This document shows positions 53,000 through 64,000 of a stretch of 64,000 bases of DNA, piece by piece. How positions within the stretch are numbered: position 1 is the first letter of the stretch; every line of letters begins with the position of its first letter. A program made the position numbers and the translations under genes. This DNA comes from Camelus ferus (taxonomy: Eukaryota). The notes beneath the pieces are model-generated. The model was not told the origin of the DNA and searched no databases. It saw nothing but the letters and a program-made list of their open reading frames with translations. The DNA lies in contig NC_045696.1 of the NCBI RefSeq assembly GCF_009834535.1, positions 84,694,001 to 84,758,000 of the forward strand. Direction: 5' to 3'.

Positions 53000-55520
53000 A
53001 AAGAGGACATGATACTGTTCAATTCCAGTATACATGTACACTGGTTTCAAATTGTTAACTGATAGGAAACAACTTTATAAACTAGAGTACAGTGCTATGC
53101 CGTTACTTTTGCCTTTATTCTTAAGATTTCCACTAACTACCAAAATTATTTAGTCCAGTTTCCCACACTCCCCTTACAGTGAGATGGTTTCATACATTTA
53201 TAATAATGTGATATTCTTTTGTCACATTAAGCAAGTCATTCTGGGATTTCCTGGCCTAAATGATATTTTTAAAAATATTTCCACATATCAAGGTTCTCTA
53301 TTTTTCTGCAAAATTCTATGAGTTTTGACAAAAACATAGAATAATATATGCATTATTACAGTATCATACAGAATAATTTCATCCACTAAAAATTTCCTGA
53401 GCTTCAGTTAATTAATACTTCCTTCCCAATCACCCTGGCAAACAATAAGTTTCTTATCTCCATAGTTTTCCAGAATGTTCTATCAATGGATTCATATATT
53501 ATGTAGCCTCTTGAAGTTTTTTCACTCAGTGTTACCATGGAACGTTATTTCCCCATACTTTTCTTTTTAGACTATCTAGTAATTAATATTTAAACTACTT
53601 TCTTACAGACAACATTGAGATGGGTTTTTTTCTTTTATTGTTCCACTCTGAAAGTCTGTCTTTTAGTAGTATGTAGATCATCTACCTTAAAAGTAACTAT
53701 ATAATTGGATTAATATCTACCATATGTGTAACTCTTATCTTACTGACTGCATTTTTTAATTTGTTTCTTTTTTTCTCTCCTTTCTTTGCCTTCTCTAGTT
53801 TTAATTGTGTATTTTGTACAATTCAATTTTCCCTCTTTATTCAGCATATCAATTATACTACTTAAAAAAAATCTTTCTTTAATGGTTTCCCTGGGGTTTA
53901 TAATATTTTTAACGAATCAAAGTCCACCTTCAAATAACATGGTATCACTTCACCTGTATCTTGTAAGAAAGGACTCCCAATGCTCTCTCCCATTCTTTGT
54001 TGGCATTCCTATCAGGGATCTTATTTGCCACATGCTATCGTCACTTGATATACACTGTTACCACTATTACTTTAAACAATTAGATATTAGGTCAGTTTTG
54101 AATAAGATAGTTAAGATAATTTAATTTACCTTCAATTATAGTTTCTCTGGCATTTTTCTTTCTTCTTGTAGATCTAAGTTTCTGACCAATATAATTTTGC
54201 TTCTCCCTAAAGACCTTGTTTTAACATTTCTTGCAAGAGACAGTCTGCTGATGACATTTTCAGTCTGTGTTTGTCTGAGAAGCTCTTTATTTCCCCTTAA
54301 CATTTGAAGGATAACTTCTCTGGGTTTAGAATTCTCAGATTTTTTTTTTTTTTTAACATTGAATATTTCACTCCAGTTTCTTCTTGCTTACATAGTTTCT
54401 TGGAAATCTATCTTAATTTGCATCCTTATTCTTTTGGTAAGGTACTTTTTCTTTTCTTTCTGGTTTCTTTCAAGATTTTCTCTTTACTTTGGTGTTCTGC
54501 AGTTTGAATATGATATGCCTCAGTATATATATTTTTGGTATTTAGACTGCTAGGTGTTCTCTGGGATTCCTGATTTTGTGGTCTAGTGTCTGTCATTAAA
54601 TCATGAACATATCTAGCCATTATTAGATCAAATATTACTTCTCCATTCTTTGCTTCTTTTCCTTCTGGTATTCCAGTTATGTGTATGTTCACTGTTAAAA
54701 GTTGTACCACAGTTCTTGTATAACCTTTTTTTAAAATTATTTTTTTTCTCTTTGCATTCCAGTTTGGAGTATTTCTCTTGATCTATCTCTAATTCTTTTT
54801 TTAGTTGTCCTGAGTCTAATAATGATGATTCCATTGAAGGAATTCTTCATTTATGTTACCATGTTTTTTATTTCTATTATTTCCTTTTGACTCTATTAGA
54901 ATTTCAATCTTCCTTCACATTTGTTTTTGCATGTTGCCTACTTTTTTCAAATAGAGCCATTAACATATTAATCACAGCTATTTGAAATTCTCTGAGAATT
55001 CCAGTATCTGTGTCATGTCTGAGTTTGGTTCTGATGATCACTCTGTCTCTTATGACTGTGTTTTTTCTTGCCTTTTGACATGTCATGTAATTTATTCCAA
55101 ACAGATGGTATCAGGTAACGGAAACTAAAATTAATAGATATTTAGTGTGAATATTCATGTTAAACTAGCTACGAATTACTGTTTAATATTTGCTATATCT
55201 ATAAATGCTAGAGGAGCCAAATTCTTCTAAGGTCCTTTTTCTGTTTCCACTTTTTTATTTGGACTTCCCTGAGTACTCCAACTCAGAGCATCTGTGTCAT
55301 GAGTCTCTTTCAGCTACATCCTGCTATTATTGGAGCCCTGTTGATGTGGTGGCAAGGTGTGGGAAAAAGGAAGTACTCTATAATCTTATGATTAACTCTT
55401 GTCTTTTATGGGACTGTCTTTTGAAAATTCTTCCCCCGAGCTGTGGTATTTGTGCATGTTTTTTAGCTAATGTTCTCTTTTCCATGACAAAAGAATGCTA
55501 GACAGGCTGCGGCAGAAATA
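53000..55520 (-). mobile_element. Ancient L1 (L1MC/L1MD-type) including ORF1 remnant
   Basis: ORF 54426-54710 NIHITGIPEGKE..GEVIFDLIMA..LMTDTRPQNQESQRTPS is L1 ORF1p-like. ORF 54904-55086 REFQIAVINML is also ORF1-like. Confidence 0.85.
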
Positions 55521-57308
55521 TATCCTTTTAATTATTTAGCTATGCCAATTTCTGGTGTTACTTAGAGGATAGAGACTTTTTGAGTATTCTTAAGTTTAAC
55601 ATGTGTATTTAGTCTAATACTGCAATTAATTTGCATAGATAATTACGTCACTTATGGAAAATGTAAGGTGCATATTTAAATAAGAAGTTTTATATGATCT
55701 TCCAAAATACATGTTGGAACATTTACATTATTTTGTAAAACTTCAATCCAATGTGTTTACATTTTATATTATTCGATATATAACTTTAGCAACTAGCTAA
55801 TTCTCTATTTCCCATTCCAGGTTTTTCCTCTCATAATCAATATTGTTTTCTTGGTTGAATATATAAGAATATATTTGTATTAGGTTAGCTAAAAGGCTAG
55901 CTATGAGGAGAAAAGAGAAACAAAGGGCCTGGAAAAGACTAACCTAAATAGTGAAATGAACCAGTGACCAGAATGCTGTGCTCTTCTCTTTTTCTCTATT
56001 TCACTCTCTTTTTCCTGCTTCTCTGCTCTTTTCAAAACTTCTATTCATCGTTATTCAGAAATTTTTGAATTCCCCAGTTTTCATGGTAAAACAGAACAAT
56101 TAATATGACCAGGCTGTACGCACCTATAGTTTAAAAACTAGCCATATAGAAACAATAATCCCTGAACTTAATTCTATATTCTTTAGGAGGGATTCCACTC
56201 AGATCAGTTGGGCTAAGAATTCAGGCCTAAAACAACCAATTTTGGCATAGCTGGGTAATGTTAAATTTGAGCAGACATTAGCCATCACTTTGGGTAGGAG
56301 TAATAGAAAGGATTATTTCTAAGATGGTATGGGTGATGGAAGAATAGTTGCATGGAATTGTCTGGGCTAGCAAAGGATTCACTGTGATTCTCCTTTTCAG
56401 TTAAATTTAAAATTAAAAGTAAATTACATTAAAATAAAATTAAAACAAGCACTATTTTAAAATTTCCTCCAAGAAATGATAAGAGTAAACTAAAATATAA
56501 ATTACTGCACTTCCAGGATGAGTGGAGAAGAGGTGCATCTCATTTCCAATTGACTAAATGTAGACTATGAGAGACAAGATGGTAAGAGTTCATGTAGTAA
56601 CTTCTCAAAAGAAACTTTTCCCTTCATAGTTAACCTAGATGGGTGATGATACTCTGACAAAGAGAGTCTGTGTGTAATGGACTATTGTGTTTTCAAGGGT
56701 TAGATATAAAAATCATTAAGTGCTCTTGCAGAGACAAACATATCAAAATACTGCAGTGTGAAAATATCTGGAAAAGGACTAACACTTCTATACTAAATGC
56801 ACAGATGTATTCCTCTGCATCATATGTGTACCTACTAAGAGGTAAATTGTGTAAATTTACCTACATACACACACACACACACGTATGGGGCTACATAAAT
56901 CTTCATCTCATAGTATTCATTTATCCACATATTCACATCAAAATAATCAGGTCAAGGCATTCTGGAAGGTATAGAACTTGGGTTTAGAGACAGGTTTCTT
57001 TTTAAATCTTGAAATTTTAACACAATAATTATTTGACTTTGAGTATGCTACTCAACTTTTCTATGTCTTACTAGTCTCACCTGCCAAAATAAAATAATGT
57101 CTTCTTAGGAGGCATATTTTTGGAGTTATATAAGATAATGTTTTCAAAGTTCCTGGCCCTCAACATGTAATCAAATGCAGTTGTTATGATTAGCTTATCA
57201 TTAATTATCATCATCATCATTAATTATTTATTAAGCAATCAATATGAGGCGGAAGTTATAAGTGATACTAGGAAATAAGGATAAATCACATTATTTTCTT
57301 TGTTCAAG

Positions 57309-57469
57309 TTGTTCACACAGAAGCTTTCAATTTCTAACTATCAGCTGACAAGGAATGTGAACCCCAGAATTCATGGAGGACCCTTTATAAGGAATGTTCA
57401 GTTTACATTGCTATTCATATGTTAGAAATTTGGAACAAGTGCTACCAGTTGTGATTTACCCAGATTCAA
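57309..57469 (+). pseudogene. Candidate exon remnant
   Basis: Acceptor attattttctttgttcaag, translation VHTEAFNF*LSADKECEPQNSWRTLYKECSVYIAIHMLEIWNKCYQL*FTQIQ. Weak donor. Confidence 0.35.
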
Positions 57470-57557
57470 GTCTTCCATTACTGACTCTTATCTTTACATA
57501 TTTCCATCCTCACTAATTTGTTCTAGGCTCTTTTGCCTTTTCCCCTTTTGTCCACAG

Positions 57558-58188
57558 AGCACTTCCCAATATTTGAACAAAAATTTCACATCAAACACTG
57601 AAATCATAAATGTACAGAGGTACATTTCTCATATTTTGGATGAGACTGTCTCTTATATGATGGCTGTTTGGCTGTTTTCAAATGTTTCTCTGCCTGGGGT
57701 CCAAGCAGCCGTTTCTAACTACCATTTGGTTTTTGCAGTTCCATTGTGATGACATACTGTAAGCAGTTGTAAGTGTAATTAACTATACTTAGCTTCTTGG
57801 AAGGTGGCTGTTTTCTGCTATCATAATAACCTATCTGTAATGACCCATGCTTTGTAGTTATGAAAAGACATTGGCACCAGTAGTTTCATTGGAATTCTCT
57901 GACAGTAGAAAGCAACATGAGAAATAATAAGACAAAAGAAAACAACAACAAAAAAAACCCACAAAATATTATTACTGAAGGTTTTTTTTCCTTTGGACAG
58001 AACATAATCAAATATCATTAGGACAAGGTAGCATTATATCCTCATCTTCTCTAATTTACCAATCCATTTAGAAGGTAATGTATAGTATTTTCTTCTTTCC
58101 TGCAGTTGTAACAATACATTAGAAATAGATTACTTTCATACATGTATAGATACAGAGTTCATTTAGTATCCTTTATAATATTTACGTG
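57558..58188 (+). pseudogene. Large exon remnant resembling the dynein C-terminal domain
   Basis: Very strong acceptor ttttgccttttccccttttgtccacag and 63 open codons. The same frame continues ..TEIINVQRYISHILDETVSYMMAV..LVFAVPL**..LYLASWKVAVFCYHNNLS..TSSFIGIL*Q*KA..PIHLEGNV*YFLL..TEFI*YPL*YLR|gtatat. Compare QE..RFN.L...I..SL..KA..VP..W..LKPLASW..PQSFLT..Q..AR..DGVY..LFL..LF..MP.I.L. Confidence 0.6.
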
Positions 58189-58486
58189 GTATATCCATTT
58201 AACTCTAAACACATGCTGCTTTGTATTTTGCAGTGTTTTGTCATTAACAATTGCAAAGCATTTATGATGGATTCCAATATATAATTATTAGTATTGTATT
58301 ATTTCTGAAAAGTGATATATTTTGACATTAATTGATCAAAAATATTCTAAATCAGAGATGAGTATTATATTTTGTATCTCTTTTCTCATAAAGCAGCAAA
58401 AAAACAGTATGCAACTTCAGCATTTAACATTATCTGTAGAACTTATGGTTTCAATTTCAAGTAATTATTTTTATGTTAACTCCAAG

Positions 58487-59566
58487 GTGCACGTATGAAA
58501 TTCTCTTACAGATAATAGTGAAAAGTAAGTTTACTTGCTTTTTTAAAAAATAATTTAATGTGTTTTTTGATAGCTACTAGAATGCTTGGTTGCTTTGAGT
58601 TCTGAACAAAATCACTCAGTATTTGCTTTTTTTTTTCTCAACTGTGAGAGACAGACCTCCAAGTAGGACTTTGTACAATCAATAAGCTAGTTGATTCCAA
58701 TTAACTGTGGTGAAGATTTCACATATAAAAATAGGGCTTAATAAGTTACTTAGTCTGAAAATCTATGTAATTTTGGCATAGTGATCAAAGCTTCATATGT
58801 TTTATTTTCCGTTTCCGTATTTGTAGCATTCTTACTCTCTACTTTGGCCTTTACAGACTTTCCTCTGTATCCTCAACACACTGATTTTTTCCCTCCACTG
58901 GGTCTTAGCTCAGGCTCTTCATTCCACCTGCAGTGCTGTCACCATCTCTATCTAAAAGTAGATCACTGCCTCTTCTTCCAGCCCAGCTGAAAGACACATC
59001 TCATGAAACTCTCTCCTATGGGAATGAACCTCTCTTCCTCTACCTTTCTTCTGCAGTTATGTGCATATTTGCAATGTACAACATTCTATCTTCTATAATA
59101 GGCAGCGTACATGTTTACTTTCAATATTTTGTATAATTTCTATAAATTCATTTTTTAAACTTTCAAAGACTGGCATTCAAAAATGTTTTTGGGAAAATAA
59201 TATAGATTTTTTTTTGTATAAATGTGGAAAGTGGGGTTAGGAGCCTTAAGTAACAACATAAGATCACTTTTCTAATAATGAATTGGTAAGAACAAAATTC
59301 AGGTTGCCTGGCTATTAACCCTTTCCATCATCATGTATTGACTTCATCCTGTGCCTATTTTCCCACACCCTGTGAATATTTAGATTCCTCTTCCTAGTAA
59401 ATTGCTTATAGCAATTCTCACTTCTAATAAAACTAAGAAGGTGAGTTTGTAAAGGGTGTTTGTAAAAAGCTGGAATTTTTGGAGGGACTGTTCACTTACA
59501 CTGGACTCATCAATGACTACTGGGTTTTGTTTTCAGAACAGCTATGCAAGTTACAAATATAGTTAG
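58487..59566 (+). pseudogene. Terminal small exon remnants (58487-58524, 59398-59440, 59537-59566)
   Basis: CTYEILLQIIVK|gtaagt (cf. TYECPVY), KLLIAILTSNKTKK|gtgagt (cf. FVIAI.LPTDKP) and NSYASYKYS* after ttttgttttcag. Splice sites are canonical, but the phases need 1-nt shifts. Confidence 0.4.
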
Positions 59567-62542
59567 CAGATTCGCAATTCTTTGAGAAAAAAAAAACAGG
59601 AAAATCTGTAAAAAAATAAGTACTGTTGCATTATTAAATTTGTCAAAATGTAATTATTGTTCTATTTGGCTAATCTAAGAGTCTTGACTTCATCCTGTTA
59701 ATATTCCATTCATTCCTGTATAGTGATATCCCTCTAAAAAAACAGATGTCTGTGAAAATGATATTAGGGGTTCATATACCTTGCAGTTTTCTACATTGAT
59801 AATTACAAGCACATAAATGAATCTATTGCTAAACAATTGGGAAGAGACATGTTATTTAAACTTAATTTTTCTTTAAATCTACATTCCCAAATTTACTTTC
59901 TGTTTGGCAAAATCTCAGGTATTTTCCTGAGTAAAAATGATTGACCCCTTCAAATTCATAGTAAAAACTAATAAAATAATTCCTTGGATTTCTATGGTAG
60001 ATTAACCCTTAGGAATATTCCATATATATAAATATAATTATAAAATAAATAATTATATAAAATATTTACCTACAGGTTAGTCCACATATAAAATATAATA
60101 TACTATAATAATATATAAAAATGATTACATATATTTATATTTTTATTGTATTTATTTATAAATTATAGAAATCCACATTTCATTTATATTCAATTTAGAA
60201 TGCTACACCATTATATTTATTTTAAGTATTTATAATATTTATATTATCTTCATTGTTATATACATATATATAATATAATAGTCTGTGTAGTCAACCTGTG
60301 AAATGGGGAAGGTAGATATCATTTCTTGTTTATAAGTGAAAAAACAGGATAAAAATGAAGTGACTTGCCAAAATTTAATGGCTAGGTAACTGGCTGATCT
60401 GGGGCTTAGTTCTTCCTGTTACCAGCCCAATGTATTTTCCTCCATTCCAATGTCTTACATTCACTTAAGGAACAATTCTTGTGGACACTGAAGCACTACT
60501 TTTTTTTCTACCTAAACCACTCTGATATCCTGTTTGAAGCATTTTTCTTACTATATTTACCGTTTAGTGAATGTTGACCGACTTCCAGACTCTGTTCTAA
60601 CTGCATTAATTCTATTAACAAATTTAACCCTCTAACAACAGTATAAGAGGATAAATATGCTACTTAAATTTGATTCCTACAAACGTCACGATTTTCACAT
60701 CAATCTTGGGAGGTAGATTATTATTATTTTCCCTATTTTAGAGATAAGTAAACTAAGATCTAGAGGCTAAAACAGCTTTGGAATCAGGCTGTTGTGCTAG
60801 TTTGATAATGTAACATACAAGCTGTGTGATTTTGCACGAGTTCTTTTCTCTATCTGGCCTTGCACTTTCTGATCTAAAAGATGAGTAAGGAAATAATTCT
60901 TATGTTAAAAAAATAGCTATAATAATTAAATATGTTTAATGTGCTTAGGAGAGTGCCTGGTACAGGATTAGCTTTTTAAAAAGATAGCCCTTATTTCACC
61001 AAGTTTTAAATCAGTGTCTCTGATTTAATCCATCAATTAATCTTAAACAGTGAAATTAGACATGAATCTAATTTTCAATCAAAGATATGTCAACACTAGA
61101 ATCTTAACCCATCACTTAAAACAGCTCATGGCCATAGAAGTAAAGTCATAGCAGAACTGAGTTATATCTGATATGATGAGTACATAAATCTGACAGAATA
61201 AACATAACAGAGTTAGGCCTAAAAACCCAAATGAAGCAATATTATATTGTAATTATCAACTATTAAATTTAACTGTTACAACTAAAGAGATCTGTTAAAT
61301 AACTGATATTTTATTAGTAGTAAATAAGACACTTTATTTGTTGTAATTTAGAATGAACTGGTTTAAAAAAGAAGAAAATAAACACAACAAGGCTACCACT
61401 GTTTTAGTGACCTATCATTGCATAACAAGCCAAGCCAAAATTTAGAGACACGGCACCTGGCTTCCATAGAGAAAACACTTAAGCCTTCTATGGAAAGGAA
61501 GAAAAGCTGTTAGCCTCTTAAGGTTTGGGATGGGTAACTAGCATAAAATCAGTTATCCTAGATTCAAGAGGAAATAAATACCACCTTTTAATGGGACAAA
61601 TGTCAAAGAATTTGTGGCCATCTTTAACCTTCATAACCACCATAAGGTAAGTATTCCACATACTTTCAGCCATTTTATGCCTATATATTTGTATCAATAA
61701 AATTGTATCATTTGTTAATGAATAAGATCACTTAATAACAGACTGTATTTTCAAGCTTCTTCTTAACATTTAATACTTTTATAGTATTTCATTAATGGAT
61801 ACTTATAAACTCTAAATACTGCTTCACATTTCAATTTGTTTATCATCCTTCACTCTTACAATCAACAACATGATAAGCTTAATCGTTAAGAAATTCTAAA
61901 GTAATTTCTGTAAGAAATAATCTAAGAATAAGAATTACTGAATTTTAATAGGTACTGAGAAATGGTGAAATTAAAACATAAAGCCCAGAAGACATCTTTC
62001 CTCTATCTAAATCAAAGGATTTATATAAACTCGTCTCATTTCCATGGCAAAAGATATTTTGTAGAACACCTTCACAGAGAGAGCATTTTATAGAAATGAT
62101 ATATTTAACATGTTCACATGCAAGCAGTGCTACAGCTCAAATTCTTTCAGTATTTTATGTCTGGCCATGTTTTATGCAATGGCTAAATTAATGGAATCAC
62201 TGAGGAAGAAATCTCAGATATTTTAGGTAGAATGTGCCCATACTCTGAGGTACTAAAAATCTAAACAATAACAAAAAAGACAAGGAATTCTCTACAGAAG
62301 AATATGAGTTATTATATGTAATGTAGTCAGTAAATTCTGAATTAGATCTGAACATAAAAGTGAACAAAACCAGAACTAGAATAAAGAAAGCAAAAGTAGA
62401 GGTAGAGAATTCCGCTTTACAATAATCCTATGATTATTCTAGCTCCTCATTGTAAGTCTGTCGCCCCACCCAAAAAGGGAGTAATATGAAGATACAACTC
62501 TAGTTAAAATTGAAGATAAATATACAGTTTATTTTTGGTCAG

Positions 62543-63150
62543 CTGGTTATTCTTAAACCATGTGGTCCTGGTTTGCTGCTATTTATGCTGTCCCCAACAA
62601 CTTTTAGGACTCCATCACACCCCTCAAAGTTACTTTATACAGAATATCAAGAGTATTTTGAGAAGTTTTGGGGAATCAGACAGTAGCTTTCTCGTGTTAA
62701 AGATCATAAGTGCTTTATTCGAAGCTTGAATCAACTAACACAATGGAGACATATTGAGCTGTGGCAGATCTCTGGGGCCCTTGATCTTCAATTTAGAGAA
62801 GCAAGATTTTGTACGTTTTAAATCCTGATGTGGAGATTAGGGTGGGTAGAGAAGCAAGAATCAGAGAATGATACAAATCTGAGATGCTTCTATTCAGATT
62901 TATAATTTTTACTTGTGAGATATCTATTTAATTATTCACAAAGAACACGTTTGTTATATTTTACACCAAATATGCTCTTTCCCATGTAAAATGTAATAAA
63001 AATTAGTTAATTTAAATACATTTCTCAAGAAGTCTTATTTCCTAATTTGCATATGACTTTCCTTTCATATCCTGTATAGGTTCTTCATATTCTGAATAAT
63101 CAAGAAAGGGCAAAACTGGACACTGAACTTCAGAAAATAACAATTTTCAA
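62543..63150 (+). pseudogene. Two further coding-like exon remnants (62543-62810, 63080-63150), identity unknown
   Basis: 89 codons with one stop lie between tttatttttggtcag and gtacgt. VLHILNNQERAKLDTELQKITIF follows tttcctttcatatcctgtatag. Confidence 0.4.
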
Positions 63151-63783
63151 GTGTGTTTTGTAGATTGTCTTTCATATTCTATATCGTCACCCTGTAAACA
63201 ATCAAAAATAAATTAATAACTTCAAAGTTTTAGTCTTTTTTTTCTAGAAGCTTGTAGTATTTTGTACATGTTTCATTATTAATTTCCTAATTAGGGTTGT
63301 ATAAAAGAAAGAGTAGCCAAAGATACTTTTCACTGTTTACATTATCCTTTATACAGATTTAAAGTTCTTTCCATTGTACAAGTGACTCCATTTTTTTTTT
63401 TTAAGTTAACTATGTAACACTTAAGGCAACTGAATTCTGCAGTCAGAATATTTAATGGAAAACTCTGCCAAGATTTTCACTGTCTGGGTTAATCTATATT
63501 ACTTAGCATCAAACCAGTTCTCTGATCATTCAAACACTGAAAGAAATAAAGTAATGTCCAAAATCATATTATACATTTTTAACATAATGCTTAATTTCAT
63601 GTTTACTTTATGCCTCTGCAAAGTGCTCCACTGGAATAGACAACAAAAATAAAACACAGAGAAACAAAATAGATGAAGTTAAAAATGTATTGAGACTTTT
63701 AGTCTGACACTTCAAAAGCCATTCTGATAATTATGTATATATTAAAGTGATAGGAGAGAAATGGGTAAAAGATTCTTTCTTTT

Positions 63784-63876
63784 CTTTCCCTTTTTTTTTT
63801 TAAAGTTTTATTTATTTATTTATTTTTAACTTTTTTTTTATTGAGTTATAGTCATCTTACAATGTTGTGTCAAGTT
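63784..63876 (-). mobile_element. Extremely 5'-truncated young L1 (3' tip + tail)
   Basis: The minus strand ttgacacaacattgtaagatgactataactcaataaaaaaaagtt matches the L1 end at ~19909-19953. 16-bp TSD AAAGATTCTTTCTTTT at 63768-63783 / 63877-63892. Confidence 0.92.
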
Positions 63877-64000
63877 AAAGATTCTTTCTTTTTTGTGGTA
63901 AAGCAAATACTTTAAAACATTAGTCCCCTATTAGTAAAGCATATAGATCTTTCTTTCCTATTTTGTCCATTTCCATATTTTAGTTTGAAATAGGTGTGAA

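Larger units (their letters stand above)
2355..59566 (+). pseudogene. Decayed multi-exon dynein heavy chain-like gene (C-terminal half; putative unitary pseudogene)
   Basis: About 20 AG/GT-bounded exon remnants have translations resembling, in genomic order, dynein AAA4, stalk, AAA5, AAA6 lid and C-terminal domain motifs. They carry many in-frame stops and frameshifts. Similarity was judged by eye against recalled consensus; individual exons are listed separately. Confidence 0.65.

Noticed and set aside
60068..60300. Imperfect inverted ends (tacaggttagtccaca / tgtgtagtcaacctgtg) around an AT-rich core, suggesting a MITE
   Set aside because: Too degenerate, with no clear TSD to support a call.
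1..64000. CRISPR arrays, operons or other prokaryotic systems; intact genes among the remaining 60-110 aa ORFs
   Set aside because: The sequence is clearly mammalian. I saw no regularly spaced repeat-spacer array, and the remaining short ORFs fall in repeats or look compositionally random.

Overview
AT-rich mammalian genomic DNA with no intact protein-coding gene. A tRNA-Ala-derived SINE of the camelid vic-1 type suggests a camelid source (inference). Much of the window is interspersed repeat: young and ancient L1, L2, MIR, MaLR/MLT1 LTRs, ERV1-type solo LTRs and a MER41-like LTR. Two processed pseudogenes on the minus strand are clear: RPL12 at ~1.3-2.0 kb and DTNBP1/dysbindin at ~24.2-24.8 kb. 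The main hidden signal is a string of about 20 splice-site-bounded, stop- and frameshift-riddled exon remnants on the plus strand in the non-repeat DNA, from ~2.3 kb to ~59.5 kb. Read by eye, their translations follow the order of the C-terminal half of a dynein heavy chain: AAA4, stalk, AAA5, AAA6/lid, C-terminal domain. This points to a long-dead, highly divergent dynein-heavy-chain-like unitary pseudogene that I cannot assign to a named DNAH gene. The dynein similarities are weak per exon and rest on recalled consensus motifs plus colinear order, so they need HMM/tblastn confirmation.
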